64,000 nucleotides of DNA from Lepidodermella squamata (lineage: Eukaryota > Animalia > Gastrotricha), in the NCBI GenBank assembly GCA_047495785.1, contig JBLDXI010000025.1, positions 1,612,001 through 1,676,000 on the forward strand. Reading direction: 5' to 3'. Positions 1-13,694 of this stretch are shown here, in pieces (positions within the stretch are counted from its first letter, which is position 1; the number at the start of each line of letters is the position of its first letter). The notes under the pieces are model-generated. The model made no database searches. It saw only the letters and a list, made by a program, of their open reading frames with translations, and was not told where the DNA came from. The position numbers were made by a program, and so were the translations under genes.

Positions 1-1066
1 AAGTAGTCCGTTATTCTCGTAAGGGTACGAAACAACTTGGGAGTAGTTGTCGGCGATTTCCCACAGTTCGCTCTCAATCCAGAGATTAGGAACTTGCACA
101 AAAGGGTTTTTCAACAAGAATAGCATTTGCATTGTTGATGGATAATTCCAACTCTCGATTATTACTCGACAAATCTTAGAAAATTTGCTTGAACAATTTA
201 TACGCAAGGGAATGGCTGTTATGAATTCAAACTTGTGAATCGAAAGGGAATAGCTTGAGATCAACCCGGCATTGTCCGAGAATGATCCCAGTAGGGTAGA
301 CCTCAATCATGCCCGACTGCTTAATGCACGCCTTTGAAGTCAACATTACCGAGCTATCCCTATATAACATGGAGAGATTAAGTTAGCTTTTGGTTATTTT
401 TAGAACATACGGTTTTTCCAAGCCACCAGTTAACCAAGTGATGTCTGGTAACCAAATCTGGTTGCTGTCAACTAAAATTTGGCTGATGCAGTTGTACGGA
501 TGGAACATCTCCCATTCGAGGTACTCGTCCCACCACGACTAAGAATTTGATAAATTCATTATAACCCAACTTTAAGGCAGCATCTTACCAGAGTTAAGTA
601 CCCATGCAAATACATGGTGCTCTCCCTTTCATTCTGATGAATCAATAAATTGAAATGTAGAAAATGCAGTAGAGAAAGATAATAACTAACAAACTCTCTA
701 AGGCCCAGCATTTTAAGCCGAACGCCGACTCTAACAGTTTTTGAAGCATTCCTCCTCGGCCGCATTTTACTCCCCGGATGGCTGCGAAATATGAATTCGA
801 AAACATTAGCCTCTGAAATCGGGTGACCTGTGATAATTGATAAATATCCATGATTTTCGGTCTAGTTAAATTCTCTTACTATGACACGTTAGGTTTGAAG
901 GAATAGGAGTTGTCCGTGCAGCACTGATTTGAGGGAATCCTGTTGTAGTCGTCACATTTTCCGGCACAGTCGAGTTGGTATTATTCTGAAATTCGCATAT
1001 TACCGCGCTGAAAAGCAGTCTCAGCAAAATTATTATTTTAAGGTATTTAGCTGATTCTCGGCCCAT
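1..1066 (-). CDS. Divergent nAChR-like Cys-loop channel subunit 1 (5' part; continues past window start), multi-exon
   Basis: Hydrophobic N-terminus. Spliced exons give MRPRRNASKTVRVGVRLKM, NERESTMYLHGYLTL, IWLPDITWLTG and the Cys-loop CRVDLKLFPFDSQ/IC (C-x13-C) followed by ESWNYP. Short GT-AG introns. Confidence 0.85.
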
Positions 1067-1443
1067 TTAAACAGATTTATTCAAGCTAGAGCCTAATCTG
1101 TAATTAAATGAATCCTGAAGTAATATTTGCGGTTTGATAGTGACCAGCCGTCATTTTACCGGTAGCATCTTGACAGCCGGATGAGTGGACTCGTGGGTAC
1201 CATTATGAGAGCCATCAGGTGTTAAGGCTATTTACAGTAGCTATCGAGCGATTTTGCGCTCTCATGGGAATAGCGTGCTTTTTCCGCTCCAGTAATTCCG
1301 ACTGATGACAGCCGAATGACAGATTTTAATTGCACTCAAAATAAAAGGAGAATTTTTGCGAAAAACAGGTCATCATTAAATAATTGCACCGACACGATAC
1401 TATGTTTCGTTATGAAGGATTAAAATTCATTGTGTAGCTAGAT

Positions 1444-3480
1444 TCAGACTTTCTTTCGAGGTAAAATTTTATCCTCGGGCAGAGTAAGGTACATGATGAA
1501 CGGCGTAAGAATCGTGGCTAAGAAATACAGCCACATGTTGATGCGCTCGACAACTTCCGCGACGTAGAGCCACTGATTCTTTGGTGGTAATTTTTCAGGG
1601 TCCACGTCTTTCGGGGCAGCTGGAGCCGGCTGTACACGAAAGTCGCTAGATGGGTCAGTTTTGGGCTCGTTTTCAGAAATTGTGAATACGTCAACAACTG
1701 ATACAGCTCCATCCCTCACGCTTCCGCATACCGTATTAGTACTCGAACTCTTCCTTCGGCGATTCACTGACTTCAGCAATTTTTTGTAGATACTCTTAGA
1801 TGTGTTGCTATTGTTGAAAGCTTCCATCTCGCGCTGAGACAGCAAAACACAACTCACGGCCTTGCAAAATGCAAACAGAGGTTTTGACGGTGACCTCTGA
1901 AACATAGTGTGAATGAAAGCTGGCTAGTATAAGGAATTGCATACTCGGTTGAAATTTGCATGCTTCAACGCCAGGATGACTAATCCTTCGCCCATTATTC
2001 CGATAACGCCAATGTAGGACATCTGCAATATGATGTATTTGGCAAGCAATGGAATTTGGCGTGAGGACTTTGGTATTTCCTCCAATATCATTCCCTATTT
2101 AAAACAGTAGCACCAGAATTTTTACGAATTTTTTACGAATCCGATCTTACCAGGAAAAACGTGTAGGCTAACAAACAGTTGATAGACATGTGAACCTTTT
2201 TGGTTTCCTCAATCTAGAAGGAATTGAATTCGAGTGGACTGAGATCATTTCATACCATTAATTTTTACCGGCTGGAGAAAAATAACAAGCTCGACGCAAG
2301 CGATAATAATACTGGGCGCAATGACATTGACGTAGTAAAACAACGGTTTGCGGCGCAGTAGCAAGGTGAAAACAGCCTGAGACAAAGCGTGATGGTCAAG
2401 AGAAATGTTCAGCTCAAGATTTATTTACCCGATCGTAAAGTGGCCCATCTCCAGTTAAGCTGTAAGACTGCGGTAGTATTTCAGATTTGTTGTCGACAAT
2501 CTCCCACAAGTCGTTTTCCACCCATAGACTTGGAACTGGAATAAAAGGTTTCGACAAAAGTTTCAAACGTTGCAGGGTCTGTTTGTAATTCCAGCTTTCT
2601 ACAATAATGCTGCAGACCTGGTAAAAAATCCAAATTGTGAATGGTAGAACTTCAACATGTGATTATGACGCACCTGCATGTCGAACGGGAAAGCTATCAG
2701 GTCTAAATCGCACTTGCCTGACATAATTCCTAATGGATAGAGTTCGATCCATCCCGAGCTTCTTATGGATCCTTTCGATGTCTTCATGACTGCGGTATCG
2801 CTGATGAAAATCAATAAAATTATCCGTGGGGTATTGCAGATCATCTAGCTTACTGTTCGATAAGCTCGCCAGTCAGCCAGGTTAGGTCAGGAAGCCAAAA
2901 CAGATTGGTATCAACCAACAGTCCTTGGGAGCAATTGTATGGGAAGGTATCGTCCCACTCCCAATATTCATCCCACCAGGTCTGTGGAGCCGAAATACAT
3001 ATAGTCCCATTCTGATTAATACCTACTAGAACTTACGATTGTAAGATAGCCTTGTAAATACATTTTGCCGGTGCGCTCATTCTATTTAAACGAAGGATTA
3101 TTTAATTTAGAAAACATCTTTTCTGTTACCAATTCTTGGAGCGAGAATAATTTTAGGCGAAGAAACACGGTCACAAATTCAGATTGATTGCGCCTCGGTC
3201 GCATCAAGTTTTTCGTCCTTCGATTGTTGGTTAAAACAAAATCCAATATGTCGTCCTCCGAAATCACTTTTTAGCAAAATTATAGATGAAAGTAGGGCTA
3301 TGTTTAATGAGCTTCATATAACTTGCTTGTATTCTTGCAATTAGGCTTGGAGTTCGAAGATAGCCCCTTTGAAAATGTTGATGCCGTCGTGGGCGCTTTG
3401 CTAGAATTCTCTGCCAGGTTTTGTCCGCTGCTAACACCTAACATACATAGAACCAAAACCATCACCCGGAACGAAATCAT
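1444..3480 (-). CDS. Divergent nAChR-like Cys-loop channel subunit 2, multi-exon
   Basis: ATG at 3480 with signal peptide (MISFRVMVLVLCMLGVSSG). Cys-loop CDLDLIAFPFDMQ/VC, M1 RRKPLFYYVNVIAP, M2 IEETKKVHMSINCLLAYTFFL, M4 QWLYVAEVVERINMWLY, stop at 1444. Confidence 0.88.
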
Positions 3481-3823
3481 TGCATCGAAATGATAACTAA
3501 AAGTGCTGAAATGCAGCTATCGGTGGCTATCGGCAGACAGTTATATCTAGTTAGTCATGCTGGCTTGATGTAAATTTAACGCTTGGGGAATTCGTTTGCC
3601 AAGCTGCAATCTGAGCCTCTATGAATGATTGATTTGGCTAATGGATACTATATGGTCCCGCCTGGCAAATGAAGTGCTACCGTTCACCGTTTTATATCAA
3701 TTGCGTTGCCGGGGTGAGAAAATGCAGAAAAGTTATTGAACGAAATATCCTGATGCTATTATTGAGCAATCTTTTATTCATCAACAGGATGTCACCAAAA
3801 TGGAACAATTGCATGAAAACAAA

Positions 3824-5838
3824 TTAAAAATTGAAACTCGAGAAAGTATCCATCGGCGCCATTGAAAGATACAAGAAGATCGGAGTTAGGAGTGATGCCA
3901 AAGCATAGATCCATAAGTTGACACGTTGGATAACTTCAGCGATGAACAGCCATTGCTCCTCGATCGTAGCAAAGCGAGACGGTGTGCTATCCTGTCGATT
4001 TTCAGTGTCACCATTGCATACCTTCTGGTTCGATTCAATGCTAAATTGCGAGATAGCTTGTGGTCTGCCCAATTTTGCTTCAACAGCAGACAGTTCAACG
4101 GCTGGTGTATCTGTAACTTCGTAGCTGCTAGTTCCAAGTGATGAGGACTGGGTAACTTCGTTGATTGCTCCATCGCGGTGCCGTTTCCTACCACGTACTT
4201 TGAATCTGATGAACTGACATTTCCCGAACAGCATTGCTGCTTTTAGAAGCCAAGGTTGAGGTTTATGCTGCCAAATGGGAAGATACTTCTACGCAGGTAA
4301 AAAGTTGAAAAAAATCTCTAACCTTGTTTGCCTTTGAGTGCTTCACTGCATAGAGGACAAGACCGTGGCCGAGGATTGCGATGATTGCGATGTAAATCAT
4401 TTGAAGGTGTATGTAAAGCGAAAGCATCGGTATTTCGCGCGATGATTTTGGAACCTCGTTCAAAATCATGTTCTAAGCAAAAATCAAACACTGTTTTCAC
4501 AAGTTAGGCGATAAATCTAGTCAAACCTGGAAAAACAGGTAAGCCAAGAGGCAAGACACCGAGATGCTAACTTTTCCAGTCTGTTCAACCTGAAAAGCGA
4601 ATTATCGATTAGCCAAAACTGCTAAACAAACTGGCATTGCTTACTGGGAGTAAGAAAACAACGAGCTGTACCGCAGCAATTGTAATACTCGGAATGATTA
4701 TGTTGACCTTATAGAACAAAGTTTTCCGGCGAAGCAAAATGGAGAAGACGGCTTTGTCATAAGCAACACCGCTAGATGTCGAATATGTTTCAGACACAAC
4801 TTCGGAGCGGTTAGCCATAACGTGCCATAGATCGTTCTCAGTCCACAAATTGTCAACAGTTGCAAATGAATTTTTCAGCAATTTGAACCTCTGCATGCTT
4901 GTGGGATAGTTCCAACTTTCCAGCACGAACTTACAGACCTGAGAAGTAACGGTAAATCAGGAATCAACCACATTCAGGCAATCTATACCTGATAATCGAA
5001 AGGGAAAGTTGCCAACTCGATGTTGCACTGGCCTTGAATGATTCCCCTTGGATACATTTCGATTATGCCACTGCTTTTCAGAAGAGCTTTGGATTTTTCA
5101 TCCAAGAGGTTGCCGCCGCCACTAAGGAAATATGTGATTGGGAAGAAAAAATAAATGCGAAAAAGTGTTTTACTTTTCTTCGGATGTCCCAGTTGTCCAT
5201 GATAAGTCGGGCAGCCAAAGCTTCTCGGCATCAACCAGTAAACGGTGAGCGCATTTATACGGATAAGCGTCGTCCCACTGTAGGAATTCGTTTTCCCATA
5301 GCTACAACGGCAAGGAAGAATTTTTTCATCGGATGATGTTGAGAAAGACTTACAATCGTCAAATAGCCATCAATGTGTACAGAACCTTGCCTCTCATTCT
5401 AAATAGCCATTGATAAGGTGGATAAAGCAAAAATTATAGGAAAATTACTCACCAAGTTTCTCAGGCTGAGCATCTTAAGCCTAATTCCAATCGTTACCGG
5501 CTCGGTCAGGTTTTTTCTCGGGCGCATTTTCGTCTGCGAATAATTTCTGAACACATACGCGTAAACGTCATCTTCCGAAACAACTAAAACCCAGCATGTG
5601 TAAAATATGCATCAGGAATGACACGCCAAAATGTGTTCTTACCTGTACTAGAGCAGTTCTCTTCACGTGATGGATAAGTTATGGTAAGTTCGGTGTGGTT
5701 AATGTTCGAAAACTCGACAGCTTTGCTAGTTTGAAGCAGCGAGAGATTTTTGTCGATGGTTTTCGTCGATTTAACCACCGCTGCGTCTGTAACTAACGCC
5801 AATAGCCAAAAGAAACCGAATGCCAATCGTGAAACCAT
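3824..5838 (-). CDS. Divergent nAChR-like Cys-loop channel subunit 3, multi-exon
   Basis: Signal peptide MVSRLAFGFFWLLALV. Cys-loop CNIELATFPFDYQ/VC, ESWNYP, M1 RRKTLFYKVNIIIP, M2 VEQTGKVSISVSCLLAYLFFQ, M4 QWLFIAEVIQRVNLWIY. Confidence 0.88.
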
Positions 5839-6541
5839 CTTTTCCACAATTCGTGCGAATCGCACGATACAAATCACTATAATAGTTAAGGGCAAGAATA
5901 TCGCAGAAATCTATGTGCACGGCAATTCGATTCTAAATAAGCGTTTAATCTGGAGAAAGTATCGCAGTCGTATGTCCTTCGCACCACCTGCAGGTACATC
6001 GCCTTACAGCTGTCTCCCAAGGAATGGCTAACCAAACATTTGCTTGTTTTGAGCTGTGTAGCTGCGTTCTCTCATTGTTTGCTCTACTCGAGCATCTATT
6101 CATAAACAGGCATTGATTCGCTGTGTTTCAATCTTTCAATAATTTTGTTTCAACAATTCGTTCAGTTTCTTCTCTGTTTGAAAAGCCATGCTTCGGTTAC
6201 TGAAAACGTTCATCCAAGCGTGATTCTCTATGATAGTCTGAACTCTGAACTTATCGATCGATTTTTCTCGGGCATATTTCGCCAGGTTTTCTCGGGATAT
6301 CAAGAAGCGCTGCCACCTGTTTTTAATTTCATCCATAAAATTTGAGTGAGAGACAGAAAACCCAACACATCAATACAGGTGTTTTTGTTTATTAGACGAC
6401 CTTGTAATGAATAGAGAATAAACTCAATCGAGCGTAAAAGTTTACTGTTGATTCATAATATCAATCACGTCTTTCGTCTTTTGTAATGTAGAGTTAAAGT
6501 GGAAAGCATTGAAAAGACATTCACAGTCGCACGCCTAGCAA

Positions 6542-7231
6542 TTACCGACAGAATAAGAATAACACAAAGGCAAGGGCGACGAATTGCACGAGGCCAAATC
6601 CTATGCCAATGCCTCCGATCAAGTTCAAATTGTCGAAGAAGAAGGTGTCAAGCTCCTGAATACAGCCCGGAACGTTGTTGGTATCCAATATCGTTTGTGT
6701 GCAGGGTTCGCTCTCCTTGAAGGAGGAAAGACCCTCGCAGCAAGATGTTGGGTACGGTAGATTCAGATTTGTGTAATCGGTGTAGTTCGAGCTACCGCAG
6801 CAAGTGAAGGTCTTCTGCATCCAGTCGATTTGGGCGGCATTATCGGAATTGTTGCCGTAGGTGACAAGCAGCTTGTCGAATTCGTCGGTGATCGCTTGCT
6901 CGAAGTCGTCGCGCATAGCCAGGGCAATGCTAGCGCCAACCATTTCGATGACGAACAGGATACCGCAGAATAGGAAAAAGATTAGCAGCAGGCATTTGTT
7001 CTCGCGGAGAGCGCCGAAGCAGCCGAAGAGGGCAATTAGGAGAAGGAGGACACCCGCGGCGATCAAAACTGACGCTGGCACCAAAGTGTGTAGCGAGGTT
7101 GCGAACGCCTCAATGTTGCCAAATGTGACGAAGACGTAAATACCAGCAGCCATCATCGCAATAGCGACGATGAACTGAAGGATGGATAGAAGGATGACCC
7201 ATGTCTTAAACCCAGCACCAGTTGCTGCCAT
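6542..7231 (-). CDS. Tetraspanin A (intronless ORF; 3' end might splice to a short extra exon)
   Basis: 229 aa with 4 TM segments, GCFGA..EN.CLL, and a large extracellular loop with CCG, P.SCC and GC motifs. Confidence 0.93.
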   Translation of the reverse strand: MAATGAGFKTWVILLSILQFIVAIAMMAAGIYVFVTFGNIEAFATSLHTLVPASVLIAAGVLLLLIALFGCFGALRENKCLLLIFFLFCGILFVIEMVGASIALAMRDDFEQAITDEFDKLLVTYGNNSDNAAQIDWMQKTFTCCGSSNYTDYTNLNLPYPTSCCEGLSSFKESEPCTQTILDTNNVPGCIQELDTFFFDNLNLIGGIGIGFGLVQFVALAFVLFLFCR

Positions 7232-7812
7232 TCGTTGTTCTGTTTTTGAGAGGCAAGTAAAAAAGTCGGGAATGGAAATAAAATACTGAACGCTTTAGGT
7301 TAGTGGCACTGATAGGACAGAATATAAGCAGGTGTAGGATGAATGTTGAGATAAAAAGTGTGATTAAGGAAGAAAGCTTTTATCAGCTTCCTTTCGCAAG
7401 TTGTCATGCGAAACAACGTCGTGCTCGCCCCGTGTGATAAGACTCAATAATGACTGTGTTTGCTTGGGCGTGCCGTTTTTTACACCGTGAAAAGTGATAC
7501 CTGTTGTGATTGCGCCCGTGATCTCTGAGAACTGGCTTACGATCAAGTTTCAACTACTGAATATGAATCACTGAGCCATTCGTAACTTTGGTTGGCTTGC
7601 AACATTTTTACGAGACTCATTGAGAGATCTCGGAATCGGCTCATTTTTAATCAATCACAAATAAAATAACACTCGGATTTATTACATTTTTATTGCAAAA
7701 ATCTCAAAAAGCTGAAGTCACACTTCATCACCTATATAGTAAAATTGGCATACCATGAAATACTGGGTGGAATGGAGCAAAAACATAGGCCCAAGCATGC
7801 TTTGACGACTTT

Positions 7813-8526
7813 CTAATAAAAAATATTATAATGATCGTTTTTTCGGCATATCCAAGCCAGAACAACAAAGAGAACAATGACTTGGGCAGCTCCGACGGCC
7901 AGTACAACTCCTGCTATGATGTCAAGACGCAAGAAAAATTCTTCATGCAATTTAGTGCCACAACCCGTTAAGCCCGCGTCTTGCACCAATTGCGCTGTAC
8001 ACTGGTTCTTTGGCAGGGTTGAGTTGAAACCCTGACAGCATGAATCTGGCACGGGTAGGCTGATATTAGCCCAATCTGTGACGTTATTTGATCCGCAGCA
8101 GACAAGCGTTCTCTGAACCCAATTGACTTCATCAGCTGTTGTTTTTGAGGAATTGTATGTTTTGATCATCTTGCCAAATTCATTAGTTGCGACGTTTTCA
8201 AATTCGTAGCGGAACACGAGGGCCAAAGAGCCACCCGCGAGTTCCATTAGGCAAACACCAATGCAGAGAATAAAAAAAGTTGACAGGACGCATTTGCTCT
8301 CCTTGATAGCGCCAATAAAGCCAATTATGCCAATTAAGGCTAGGACTGCGGATGATGATAAGGTGATTGCGGCCGGAATGAGAACGTGTGTCGATGAGGC
8401 GAATTCTGATACGCTGTCGAATGTGAAGAAAATGACGATCGATGGAGCGACTAATGCTGCTGCGATTAGAACTTGGAACAGCGCCAATAGCATGACGCAT
8501 ACTTTGTAACCCGCGACACCAGCCAT
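7813..8526 (-). CDS. Tetraspanin B (intronless)
   Basis: 4 TM segments, CCG, PDSCC, GC, C-terminal HYNIFY. First ATG is at 8526. Confidence 0.92.
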   Translation of the reverse strand: MAGVAGYKVCVMLLALFQVLIAAALVAPSIVIFFTFDSVSEFASSTHVLIPAAITLSSSAVLALIGIIGFIGAIKESKCVLSTFFILCIGVCLMELAGGSLALVFRYEFENVATNEFGKMIKTYNSSKTTADEVNWVQRTLVCCGSNNVTDWANISLPVPDSCCQGFNSTLPKNQCTAQLVQDAGLTGCGTKLHEEFFLRLDIIAGVVLAVGAAQVIVLFVVLAWICRKNDHYNIFY

Positions 8527-9659
8527 TTTTATAATCAAGAATTAATTTCTAGGTAGTGTAAATATTCAATTAACAAGAAAATTGAGATGCGCAGCTGATA
8601 ATGATGTCTTATCGCTGTGGTATCAAAAAATCACGTTATTCGGGGACTTTGCCCCGCTCAAAATTAGGGATGCTCAAAATGAAAGAAAATTCCTCATATT
8701 GCATAACACGTTTGAGTCAAAATTCTCGTGAAATACGTGTGCACAACAGCTTCAGGCAATTTTGATGATTCATAGGATTTGGCTACTGGCTCTCCGATGA
8801 TCCGCAAAAACATACACGTGCGTCACGCTTCACATACGTTTTTCGCTTTATTGTCGACAGCAAAAAACGCCATTATTAACGTGAACTCGATGAAATAAAC
8901 TGCGCCACTGTATAATCAAAAAAACGCATTTCAGTACTCGAGCAGCTGGTGAAGTATGTACACTGGAAACTGCTATATCTGGCGATCTGATGAATGTAAA
9001 ACCGAAACAGATGGTACGATTTAATGAGATTTTCAACGGCAGCGAATGACTCATACCCAGGTGGAAAAACTCAAACCATCACTTTTATTCTGCTTTTTCT
9101 CATCGCAAGTCGAATAATAACAATAATCATAATAGATAGTTATAATATCATCATCGTCTGTCTGTGTGAACTATTGAACATTTTTCAAGTTATGCGACAG
9201 CAAACGTCAAAAAAAACCATAATCAAAGTTGGCCGATTCATGCACATGTAACTACCCCGCCGCAATCGAAGAAATAACTCTAGCGCGTTACCATTTTTTC
9301 ATCCAGTGAATGAGCAAACAAAGAAGATAGAGAGAAAACACATGAAAAATGAAGATAAGTTTGTTTTTTCGCTCAAAATATAATAGATAGGTAGTAATAG
9401 CATCAATATAAAACAGGAAATTTTACAGCTGAATGGGTTTTGGGATATTTTTGATAAAAATTTACCCAATTCAACGATAAAATCGCCTGAATTGCTATGG
9501 TTTTTTCTGCCATTATTCTACTACCATTTGGTCTATCATTTTCTATATAATAATTTACCATTTTATTATGAAGTATAAAAAAGCCATCGGTATATTTCAA
9601 CCCGCAGCTACGCCCATTTTCGTGCTGGACACGTGAAAATTGCTGGGGTGTATTTTTTT

Positions 9660-12600
9660 CTAGGAAAACATGTTATCGATGCCGCACGGCCTCGCGCCAG
9701 TCGCGGCCGGCGCTGATTGGCTTAGGCCTGGCGGTTGCGCGGCGGCTGTTAGCGAGCCGCTCGACGGCACCAGCGGCAAATTGCTTATCGAGTCGGGCGT
9801 GGCGCCGCCGGACGAGTTGGGCACGGTTGTGATGCCAGATGGCAGTCGCAGGACGCCCACGCCGCCGCCCAGGCGCCGGTAATTCATCGACGTGTGCGTG
9901 CGCCACACATTTGCGTCCGCGTCGTACATCTCGGTCGAGCGCAGGTAGCACGAGCCGTCGAACCCGCCCACCGCAATCAGGTTCTGATTGACCACGGCGA
10001 GGCCCACGCCGCTACGCTTCGTCGCCATCGATACGATCGGGCGCCACTGGTTCGCCGCCGGGTAGAACACCTCGGCCGAGGAGAGCTCGGTCGAGTCGTC
10101 TCGCCCGCCGACAGCAAACAGCTGCGCGTGGTGAGCAGTGAGGCCTGTTTGAGAACACAACACGTTTCATCAGCAGGTCAAAAACTGGCAGAATACTCAT
10201 TATTCATCTTTAACGAACATCGCTACAAGATATTTCATCGCATAAACGAGGTAAAAATGCCAAGAAATCGTCCAAGGACAGGGTCAAAAATTCGAAAAAA
10301 AATCAATAAAAAATGAGCAAAAATTTGCGTGCTTATCGATTTTAAGTCTTAATCATGCGATGAATGTTAGAAAATAAATTTGACCGAATTAATAAAAACG
10401 GTGACTAATCAATTTTGGACATTTCCTCAGTCCATAAAAAATTAAAACTGAAAGAAATTATATGAAAAAGATGATTAGTAAAGTTTTGTAATTAAATCAG
10501 CCAAATATAATTCAATTCAATATTATTCGCAGTAGGCTTTTCGGAATTTCAAATGGTATTTTTAATTCAATTTAAATCTAATCCAAACAAAATAATACGC
10601 AGCCATTAACACAATTCCTATTCATTACTTGGAAAACAGGATGCAGTCGTGAATTTAATATTCCAGAATTCCAGGCGTAATTTTTTTTAAGAAGTGTGGA
10701 GGTTTGAACAAGCAAATCATCTCTCTGAGCAAAAAATCCCATGTGAAAGGATTTCATGTGAATATGCTGAATACATTTCACGTCACCTATTATATATTGC
10801 ACTTGATGAACTAAATAAATCTTGAATGAAAAAATCGGGAATGAGAGTATCAATTTAAAAAAAATGCCTGCGGGAGGATTCCCCAGCAGAGACTCATGGT
10901 ATGATGAAAATTATCACTTTCCAAGTATTTTTTTCCCAAAATCAATAACATTATCAATTAATATAAAAAATCAGTTTTTATCGTAGCAACAATCAAATAT
11001 TACAAAAAGCTGTCTGAAATATTAGGAAAATGTTATAGATTTTAGATCATTATCAATATGAGGGAAAAATTCAAAATACAAGGCCTTGTAATTTCGTAAA
11101 TAAAATTGAATTGAAAGCTCTCAAAAATTGTTTTTATTTCAATATAATGAAAACAATTATTACCTAAATGTTTTCGCCGGGATATCATTTGAGCCACCGT
11201 AGACCATTTCCCAACACGGGGATCGAACCGCTCGACCGTCGATAGCGGCTGCGTGCCATCCGACCCGCCAGCCGCGTATAGACACCCGTCTAGGACCGCA
11301 ACGCCTGGTCCTAGCCGGCGCGACGCCATCGGCGCCACCCGCGTCCATTTATTCGCAATCGGATCGTACCGTTCGACGATCGACAGGCACGAAACGCCGT
11401 CCTGGCCGCCAATCGCGTACAACATACCGTCTAAAACCGCAACCCCCACGCTGGTACGGCTCGAACTCGTCGGCGGTACATCAGCGCTCCATTGGTCTGT
11501 TTTCGGGTCGTACCTCTCTACGGACGACAGATAAGAATGACCATCGTGCCCGCCTACCGCGAATAACAACTCATTATTCAGCACAGCAACGCCCACCCCA
11601 CATCTGCGCTTATTCATCGGAGCTACCATGCGCCACTCATTAGTCGCAGGGTCGAACCGCTCGACACTGGCAATCGCCTCGCCCGAGCACCACCCACCTA
11701 CCGCGTACAGAACCTCCTGACTCCTCGTCGCCCGCCTCGGCCTAGTCCGGGTCGACTGCATTTGAGGCCGTTCTTGCGGTAGTAACAAATAATTTTTAGC
11801 CTCATCGACCAAATCACGACACGCCTCGTCCGCGCGGATCAGCGCGTCGGATGAGACTTGGACCAGAAATTTCGGTGATAATAGAGGTAATCTAACGTGT
11901 TGTAGTATTGTTGGCAAATGATCTCGCCGTTCTGTTGGGTTATGCCGCACCCAGGTCATAACAGCGTTGAAGACCTGCTCTTCACATCTAACATTCACCT
12001 CATCCGAGGCGATAATATCTATCAATTGAGCGACGGGTAGTAGTAAGAATTCTTCACTATTTGTCACCTCGATAAATCTCTGTTGCGTGAACGCGTGAGC
12101 TGCCCTTAGCAAGGTTGGACACGAGTGAACGTCGGCAAATGCTCGAATTCCGAGGCAATTAGTCGGGTCGAGCTGTTTTTCTAAAAATTTACAACACGCG
12201 TCTTGGACTTCGTGTAGCTGCAGTAGACAAGCTGCTGGTAATAGCTGTTGAACGTTCGATTCGTCGATTGTCACTTGGCCTGTGTAGCAGAAGTCGATTA
12301 GTTGGTCGAGGGCAGTTTCGTCAATGCCGTGAATGAGCACTTCCGGCTGGTCGGATTCGACCATTTTGTTGACGAACATTGCTTGAAAGTAGGGTGAGCA
12401 AGCTGCGAGCACCAAACGGTGGGCTGAGATCGGTTTGCCGGGTTGAGCCGACGAGGTAACCATAGCATCGCTTGACGCTTCGGCTGAATTACTGGGAACT
12501 GAACTTATCGCCCGGATTACGACATCACATAGCTGTCCGGATTTTTGAAAGTTTCTGAAAGCGTCGAAAGCATGGTCTTGAAGACACTTCGATTGGTAGA

Positions 12601-12694
12601 CGGCGGTACTAGCACCCGAGTGGGATCCTGATGACTCGATAAAATCCCCACTGGCAGCTAATACGAGATCGCTACCTCCTTTGAGAAGGTCCAT
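9660..12694 (-). CDS. KLHL20: Kelch-like protein 20 / diablo (BTB-BACK-Kelch), 2 exons (12694-11164, 10144-9660)
   Basis: BTB ([12 protein letters not shown]), BACK and six Kelch repeats with KLHL20-typical [19 protein letters not shown] and [11 protein letters not shown]. In-frame GT-AG intron 10145-11163. Confidence 0.93.
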
Positions 12695-12992
12695 CAGAGT
12701 TTAAAAATACTCATTTCGTTTAAACCCTAAAACGGAAATAACAACGTAATTTCAACTGTCATTTATTAAATAAAGAAGTAAAACATGTGGTTCTCGCGTT
12801 GTATTCAGCTGTCGCAGCAATATATAAAGCTTAACAAAGCATCATTTATTTACCTAAATCTCATCGGGATGCAGATATTAAATATATCTGGATAGTAGAA
12901 AACTATTGCTTGGTCACTTAATTGTTAAATACCACAATCTCATGGATAAAATGTTATAGAAATTCAGTAAAACAACTCGAGAATGTTCAGTT

Positions 12993-13694
12993 TTAAAATG
13001 CATCGTAATGATCACGATTGCGGCAAAGCAGGCAGAGAACAGCGATCAAAGCGAACAACTGGATGAGAGCAAAACCAAGGCCAACTCCGCCAATGATATT
13101 CAGGTTGTCAAAGAATAATTCGTGCAACTTTGCCTGGCAGCCATTAGTGTTAGCGATCGTCGTGGTGTTACATTGGCCAGCAGGGACAGTCGAGTTGCAG
13201 CATGAATTGGGAATAGGCTTGTTAAGATTAGACCAATCAGTGTAGTTGTTAGATCCACAGCACTTGAAAGTTGTTTGGATGTAATCGATCTCATCGTTAG
13301 CTGACGATGGCGTTGAAGTATTGTATTTGCCCATGAAGGTGATGAAATCCTTTTGAATGGCAGCTTCGAAATCAGATTTCATAGCCAGAGCAAGGCAGGC
13401 TCCGACCATTTCGAGAATAAATATCGCTCCACATAGAACAAAGAAAATGCTCAACAGGCACTTGCTTTCTTTGACAGCGCCACAGCAGCCCATGATAGCC
13501 AACAAAAACAGCAGAACGCCGGCAGCAATCAACACAGATGCTGGCACTAGAGTATGTGTTGCTTGCGCGAACTCATTGATGTGGCCGAATGTAACAAAAA
13601 CAGCAATTCCAGCCGCCATCATTGCAATGGCAACAACCACTTGCAGCAGCGACAGTAAAACAACACATGTTTTGTAGCCCCAAGTACAACCCAT
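12993..13694 (-). CDS. Tetraspanin C (intronless)
   Basis: 233 aa, clearly paralogous to tetraspanin A (THTLVPASVLIAAGVLL, CCGSNNYTD, FFDNLNIIGG). Ends in HYDAF. Confidence 0.93.
   Translation of the reverse strand: MGCTWGYKTCVVLLSLLQVVVAIAMMAAGIAVFVTFGHINEFAQATHTLVPASVLIAAGVLLFLLAIMGCCGAVKESKCLLSIFFVLCGAIFILEMVGACLALAMKSDFEAAIQKDFITFMGKYNTSTPSSANDEIDYIQTTFKCCGSNNYTDWSNLNKPIPNSCCNSTVPAGQCNTTTIANTNGCQAKLHELFFDNLNIIGGVGLGFALIQLFALIAVLCLLCRNRDHYDAF

Noticed and set aside
9670-10316. Antisense/overlapping ORFs over GC-rich exons (also 11253-11534, 43668-44036, 53792-54217, 56839-57339)
   Set aside because: These are shadow ORFs opposite well-supported genes and carry no recognisable domains.
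12721-12731. TAAACCCTAAA telomere-like word upstream of KLHL20
   Set aside because: Single copy in an AT-rich 5' region, does not template TTAGGG, and has no supporting structure.
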